Below are positions 59,339-64,000 of a DNA stretch of 64,000 nucleotides, in pieces. The stretch covers positions 62,001 to 126,000 of the forward strand of contig JAADVB010000014.1 of assembly GCA_023334545.1 (NCBI GenBank), in the 5' to 3' direction. Numbering within the stretch: the first letter of the stretch is position 1; the number at the start of each line of letters is the position of its first letter. This DNA comes from Salisapilia sapeloensis CBS 127946. Its lineage: Eukaryota > Protista > Oomycota. Below the pieces are notes generated by a model. The model worked only from the letters and a program-made list of their open reading frames with translations. It made no database searches and was not told where the DNA came from. The position numbers were made by a program, and so were the translations under genes.

Positions 59339-60679
59339 ATGGACATGCCCCATTCACATACCAATTTGCATACTCCCGAGCACCCGAGTGCACGGAGTTC
59401 AAGTTCGTCTGTCCACAGGGAGGCTTACCCCTTTAGCTACCACCCAACGACTTCCTCCATTGCAAGCTCCATGCTGGCGATGCGAAGCAGCCCACCCGAA
59501 ATGCTGCATGTACCGCCGAATGGCCCAGCGCCCAAGTCGGACCGGAAGATGAAGCGAGAAGAAGCGCCGGTCTCGCCTCCGGCAGCTAAGAGGTCCAAGG
59601 TGTCTCGCGAACGGCAGCTCAAGATCAACGCTGCGTCTCGTCGATGTCGGAAGAAGCAAAAGCTTGAGCTCCAGTTCTTGCGTACACATGTGGTGGAGCT
59701 GCAGCAGGCCATCCAGGACGAAGTCGACGCTTTGAAGACGTCGCTAAACCCTCAGCAGCGTATTGCTCAGTTGGAGACGTTGCTTCATAATAGTCAGCAG
59801 AAAGTGGAGGAGATGAGCTCAGGCATGAGGCCACCGAAGAAAGCGACTTCGCCTCGTGAATCGAGCGACGACGAAACGTCCTCGAACGGAGAGTTCAAGC
59901 TGTCGGAGCAACGTCAGCAGCATCTACTCAAAATTGCCGACTTTGTCCGTGTGAACATGAGCATGGAAAGCCAGAGCTTTAGTCCGGAAGTCATCTCGTG
60001 CCTGCCGATCGAGATGGACGGGTGGCAACTGCGGCTGGCCATTACCGCCAAGAACTATACGATCCACAACACCAAGTTCTTCCCCTGCCGAGTGCAAGAC
60101 CTGTACAACTTTTGCTGGGAGACCAACGTCCGGCAAAAGCAAAGTGTTCTATCGAACACGGAAGCGCACTGCATCGTCACACCACTAAGGGAAGACGTCG
60201 CGCACGTGGTCTCCAAGACTATTGGCAAGTGGTCGTTGGAGGTACATGGCGTCGCCCACGTGAGCTACAATAGTGTCGTGTGTCGATCCTACCTTCCGTC
60301 CGACCCGACGACTGCGATCATCTGCCAGCAGAGTGTCCTGGACGAACAGGACTTGCACGATGAGAATACGATCCCATGGCTGTTCAAGCGGTGGGTCGTC
60401 TTCCGACCCACCACCGTCGATGGTATAGAGGGCACGCATGTGGAAGCGTATCGTACGGCCAGCTACGCGACGGGCAAGCTCATCTACAAGGACGAAAACG
60501 CGTACGACAGCTTCTGTGAACACCTGATCCGTCGATATGCGGAGTCGAATGCGTTACTAGAGAAGGAGATGGCCAAGGATTCTCGCTTCCAGCACATAGC
60601 GCACGACCTCCCAGATGCGAATGAAGCGCATGATGAGTCCGTGTCTGCGCACATGGTCAAAGATCTCTTGCTCTTCTAA
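59339..60679 (+). CDS. Atypical bZIP transcription factor with a C-terminal START/Bet v1-like region (inferred)
   Basis: Basic region RERQLKINAASRRCRKKQKLELQFLRTHVVELQQAI followed by heptads; C-terminal alpha/beta region of about 250 aa. Confidence 0.75.
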   Translation: MDMPHSHTNLHTPEHPSARSSSSSVHREAYPFSYHPTTSSIASSMLAMRSSPPEMLHVPPNGPAPKSDRKMKREEAPVSPPAAKRSKVSRERQLKINAASRRCRKKQKLELQFLRTHVVELQQAIQDEVDALKTSLNPQQRIAQLETLLHNSQQKVEEMSSGMRPPKKATSPRESSDDETSSNGEFKLSEQRQQHLLKIADFVRVNMSMESQSFSPEVISCLPIEMDGWQLRLAITAKNYTIHNTKFFPCRVQDLYNFCWETNVRQKQSVLSNTEAHCIVTPLREDVAHVVSKTIGKWSLEVHGVAHVSYNSVVCRSYLPSDPTTAIICQQSVLDEQDLHDENTIPWLFKRWVVFRPTTVDGIEGTHVEAYRTASYATGKLIYKDENAYDSFCEHLIRRYAESNALLEKEMAKDSRFQHIAHDLPDANEAHDESVSAHMVKDLLLF

Positions 60680-60722
60680 ACTATATGTATACATGTACTT
60701 GCTTCCAAAACCAGACTCTATT

Positions 60723-63410
60723 TTAATTGTACAGGTGCTTGTTCCGTGGACGCGGCGTTGGGTTCCACGTCACGTCGAACGGTCGGGCCTGCTGCTGTTT
60801 GCTTGGGTCTAACGACGCTTCGTCGGCGATGATGTTCGCAAAGTACTCAGTCGCGGCGGTATCCTGTACGCGACTCACTGGCTCATCCTCTTCTTCAACT
60901 TCCTCCTCGTCGTCCGTACCGAGCTGAAGGTACTTGTAGTCGAACTCGACTTCTTCGTCGTCGTCTTCCTCTTCCTCCCCCACTGGTTGCGGCGGTGGTA
61001 TGGTTGGGTGGCTCCTGACGTACCGTTGCTTGGCGCTGTCGAACTCAACTTCTTCCTCCGTCGGCTGGCGTCGACTCTTCCGGTGCTTGAGGTAGTTATT
61101 TAGCCCATCAACGACCTGTGCTGCCTGGTCAAAGCTCTGGAACTGGAACTCGACGCGGCCATTCGTGACGAGGACACCAGGGGGAACGGCATTCGACATA
61201 CGTGCCTCTAGTCCTTCCGCACGCAAGATGTCGTTGATCTGAGCTAAGAGGTCGCCCATCTTGGTAGCGAACGGGATGCTCTGGATGGAAATCGTGCATC
61301 GTCGTTCTGGGAGGGACGAGAAGACTGCTCGCTGTTCTTTCCATCCGCTCATCATGACACCAAAGATCCTGAGCGATTGTTGTAGCGCTCTGTTCCGTTG
61401 GTCTACCGTGGCAAACTCTACGAGTGCTTCGTGAGCAGTCTTGGTGTCACTCGCATTCACGTTCGTCTTCTTGATAGGTGTCTTGGTGCTCCGTCGCTTC
61501 TTGCTATTCGCTTCTCCGTCAAGGGATTCATAGTCAAGACCTTCGACGCCGTAGATACTGGATCCTTCGTCCGCACCACTGTCCTGCTCTGGAGCACCGT
61601 CGCGTGGTCTGGAGAAGAGGAAGCTGCGCTCGACAGTCCCAATGTGCGAGAGAGATCGCTGCAGATACTGGGACGTGACACCGAACGGCAAGTTGCGATA
61701 GAAGACACATCGGTCCGAGTGCCACTTGGCAGCCAAGTTCTCTCGTCCCTTGTCGTTGACAGCCACGACCTCTGCTTTTTCTCGTAATAGTTTTCGAGAA
61801 TGTCGCAGACGTACTCGGCAGATCGTGAGCGTTTCAACTGATAAATGTGGGTAGATCTCTTCAAACGTAGGCATGATGACGTTCGCATATAGCGGTGGGA
61901 GCATTGCTCGAACGTCTTCCACGAATGTCTGACCGAATGTCTTTTTATTCGGTCGCCACGCGAGTTTATACCGGATGAGGCGACTGAAGAAGGCATGATA
62001 CTCTCGTTCGTCCAATAAAGACACAATGTTCCATGCAGTCGTAATCACTTGTTCGCGTTGAATCGGCGTCAGTTTCTTACTCACAGACGTCTCGGGGTCG
62101 ATGTCGTCGAGGTCAGGAATCAAAATGTGGCCGACACGCATACGGGCCTCAAGGAACCCTCGGACGATGGCTTCGTGGCGAAGTTGATGGTGCTCCACAG
62201 CCGTCTCAGCTGCTTCCGACTCAAAGTCCTCATAGCTAGCGTTTCCGCCTGACAGGAACGGTACGAGACGAGAGAGGACGGATTCATGCAGCTCTGACGG
62301 GAAGGCGGTTTGGACGTTACTGACCATTTCTTGGAAGATCATCCGGTGCAGTTTTGAAGTGCGAACGGATGCGAGCATTGCCACCAGCATACGTGTAATG
62401 GTTTCGTCATCCAGCTGCGTTCGGAACTGCGCTGCGAGCTGCTGCGTCTGAGCGAGGAGCATTCGAAAGTCAATTCTGTCGTTTTCGAGATTGAATTCGT
62501 CCCACTCGGCATCCAGAGGAGACTTGTCGTCCTCGGCTTGCGTCTGATCGAGGCCCATCATTTCCGCATATGCTCCGTACCCCTCAGCATCCAGAACTCT
62601 TCGAAAGTCGCTCTTCACCTGCGTCAATGTCGTTCGCTTCATACCTCTAGCTGGACCGGACACGAGCTGTCGATGCATCAGCTTCAGCGAATTAAGACAG
62701 GCGAGACGACAGTAGCAGATGACAATGCCGATGAACGTCGGGTCTCGCGCCAACTCTGGGTGGAGGACCATAATGTCCGGGACTTCTGGCGTTTCATCTT
62801 GGTCATACACCTTCTCTAAACTTTCGATCGCGCGCTTTGACTCAGCTTCCAATTCGTCAATGACTTCATCTTTGCCAGATAAGAACGCTAGTAGGTACTC
62901 GTACTCCTTTTGATGCGCAGGGCCGAACTTGGCTTGCAAAGACTCTAGAAACCGTTTGTACGACACTGGCGTCACTTTAGGATACGTTGCGTACTGTGTC
63001 ACTCGCTGTGCGATGCGACCTACGTCTACCTCTGTCATCGAGTGACGCAGTATGGCGAGCACACGCTCTGCTTTCTTGGTCGCATCGGCACGACTTTCTT
63101 CCCGGAGCTCTGAAAAGTCGACTTGTTCACCAGCTATAGCTGTATGTCCGAGTCGCTGGCCAGTAAAATCCACGTCTGCACGCACTGAGGTCTCTTCCTT
63201 GTCTTCTTCAAACTCATTCTCCAGCACAGTCGTACTCGCAGCACTTTCATCCGGCAGGAGACTCGGCCGAGCACCATTCAATTGCGATTCGTGACCAGTT
63301 GAAAGCAATCGAATGAGTTGCTGCGCTTGTCTAGACGGCAGCTTGTCTGTCAGAAGACGCTGCTTGGCTGCAGCACGCACAAGCGCGACGGAACGAGTGC
63401 GTAGAGGCAT
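60723..63410 (-). CDS. Uncharacterised mitochondrion-targeted protein with two C-terminal RRM-like domains, single exon
   Basis: MPLRTRSVALVRAAAKQRLL..LIRLLSTG presequence-like start; RRM-like CVFYRNLPFGVTSQYLQRSLSHIGTVERSFLF..EALVEFAT and TISIQSIPFATK..RVEFQFQSFDQAAQV; acidic tail. Confidence 0.72.
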   Translation of the reverse strand: MPLRTRSVALVRAAAKQRLLTDKLPSRQAQQLIRLLSTGHESQLNGARPSLLPDESAASTTVLENEFEEDKEETSVRADVDFTGQRLGHTAIAGEQVDFSELREESRADATKKAERVLAILRHSMTEVDVGRIAQRVTQYATYPKVTPVSYKRFLESLQAKFGPAHQKEYEYLLAFLSGKDEVIDELEAESKRAIESLEKVYDQDETPEVPDIMVLHPELARDPTFIGIVICYCRLACLNSLKLMHRQLVSGPARGMKRTTLTQVKSDFRRVLDAEGYGAYAEMMGLDQTQAEDDKSPLDAEWDEFNLENDRIDFRMLLAQTQQLAAQFRTQLDDETITRMLVAMLASVRTSKLHRMIFQEMVSNVQTAFPSELHESVLSRLVPFLSGGNASYEDFESEAAETAVEHHQLRHEAIVRGFLEARMRVGHILIPDLDDIDPETSVSKKLTPIQREQVITTAWNIVSLLDEREYHAFFSRLIRYKLAWRPNKKTFGQTFVEDVRAMLPPLYANVIMPTFEEIYPHLSVETLTICRVRLRHSRKLLREKAEVVAVNDKGRENLAAKWHSDRCVFYRNLPFGVTSQYLQRSLSHIGTVERSFLFSRPRDGAPEQDSGADEGSSIYGVEGLDYESLDGEANSKKRRSTKTPIKKTNVNASDTKTAHEALVEFATVDQRNRALQQSLRIFGVMMSGWKEQRAVFSSLPERRCTISIQSIPFATKMGDLLAQINDILRAEGLEARMSNAVPPGVLVTNGRVEFQFQSFDQAAQVVDGLNNYLKHRKSRRQPTEEEVEFDSAKQRYVRSHPTIPPPQPVGEEEEDDDEEVEFDYKYLQLGTDDEEEVEEEDEPVSRVQDTAATEYFANIIADEASLDPSKQQQARPFDVTWNPTPRPRNKHLYN

Positions 63411-63527
63411 GGACGAGCTCTTGCTACACGACCTCGAAGTTTGATCTGGTTTGGTTGGTGCGTGACGGTTGTTCCTAACGGATGAGTTAACGGGTACGAT
63501 CATGAGAGGTCGTTTCAAACTTCAAAC

Positions 63528-64000
63528 ATGGCCGCGAACCAGCTCAACCGAGAGCTCCTGCGGTGGATCCAGAGTCTAGACTTGGCGTATTCTATCAAGA
63601 ACGTAAAGAGGTAGAGATTATTGCATTAGGTATTTAGTGACTTGGATTTGATCGAAACTGTATAGAGATTTTTCCAATGGGTTTCTGATTGCTGAAGTGA
63701 TCTCCCGATACTACAAGGACGTCAGTATGCATTCGTATGACAATGGAATCGGGATCAAGGCGAAGAAGGATAATTGGGACCAGCTCTCCAAGCTCTTTGC
63801 ACGAGCACCGGATCTAGAGGTTCTGAATAATAAGGCTGATATCGACGCTATCATCCATTGTCAAAATGGAGCCGCTGTGCTCTTTTTAACCAAGCTCTAC
63901 CAATGCCTTACGAAACGATCCATCCAGCCTCCACCAGCCACTGCTTCTGTTGAATCTGCTCCGAATGGAGCTCCATCCGTTATAAGCTCCGGTAATAGTC
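63528..64000 (+). CDS. SPATA4: SPATA4/SPEF1-like calponin-homology (CH_2) protein, 3' partial
   Basis: LNRELLRWIQSLDLAYSIKNVKR|DFSNGFLIAEVISRYY..MHSYDNG..AKKDNWDQL; one GT-AG intron of about 57 nt. Confidence 0.88.

Noticed and set aside
1-64000. Non-standard genetic code, selenocysteine or stop readthrough
   Set aside because: Apparent internal stops in conserved genes are explained by canonical GT-AG introns wherever I traced them.

Overview
Compact, gene-dense eukaryotic DNA, most likely an oomycete. Support: short GT-AG introns with CTAAC-type branch points, an exact match to the oomycete Inr+FPR core promoter, and gene families typical of oomycetes (TM-LRR protein ending WLGC, secreted metallophosphoesterase, atypical bZIP). 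I reconstruct 30 protein-coding genes by hand from the ORF track plus splice sites; exon boundaries are approximate unless stated. Recognisable genes: RME-8/DNAJC13-like (partial, >3,200 aa), SPT4, MPP-alpha/complex III core-like, PH-CAMK-EF kinase, CFAP69, REX1-B, URB2, a kinesin, a YjcF/ElaA-like GNAT, HSF, ArgJ, LRRC56, Iwr1/SLC7A6OS, HSP10, a CHORD protein, PRL phosphatase, a TKL pseudokinase, ALKBH7, a METTL21-like methyltransferase, DPH7, a bZIP and SPATA4-like (partial). I saw no rRNA, tRNA, CRISPR array or transposon. Best leads: (1) the RME-8 homologue has a degenerate J-domain with no HPD motif and sits head-to-head with an NPF-motif/SH3-like/acidic-repeat protein; (2) genes alternate strand strongly (12 divergent pairs), and several pairs look functionally matched (HSP10/CHORD, METTL21-like/DPH7, PRL/lipid-anchored pseudokinase); (3) several unusual domain fusions (Iwr1+ankyrin, eIF5A-C-like OB fold, multi-TM+WW, bZIP+START-like). 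All family calls come from remembered motifs, not database searches.
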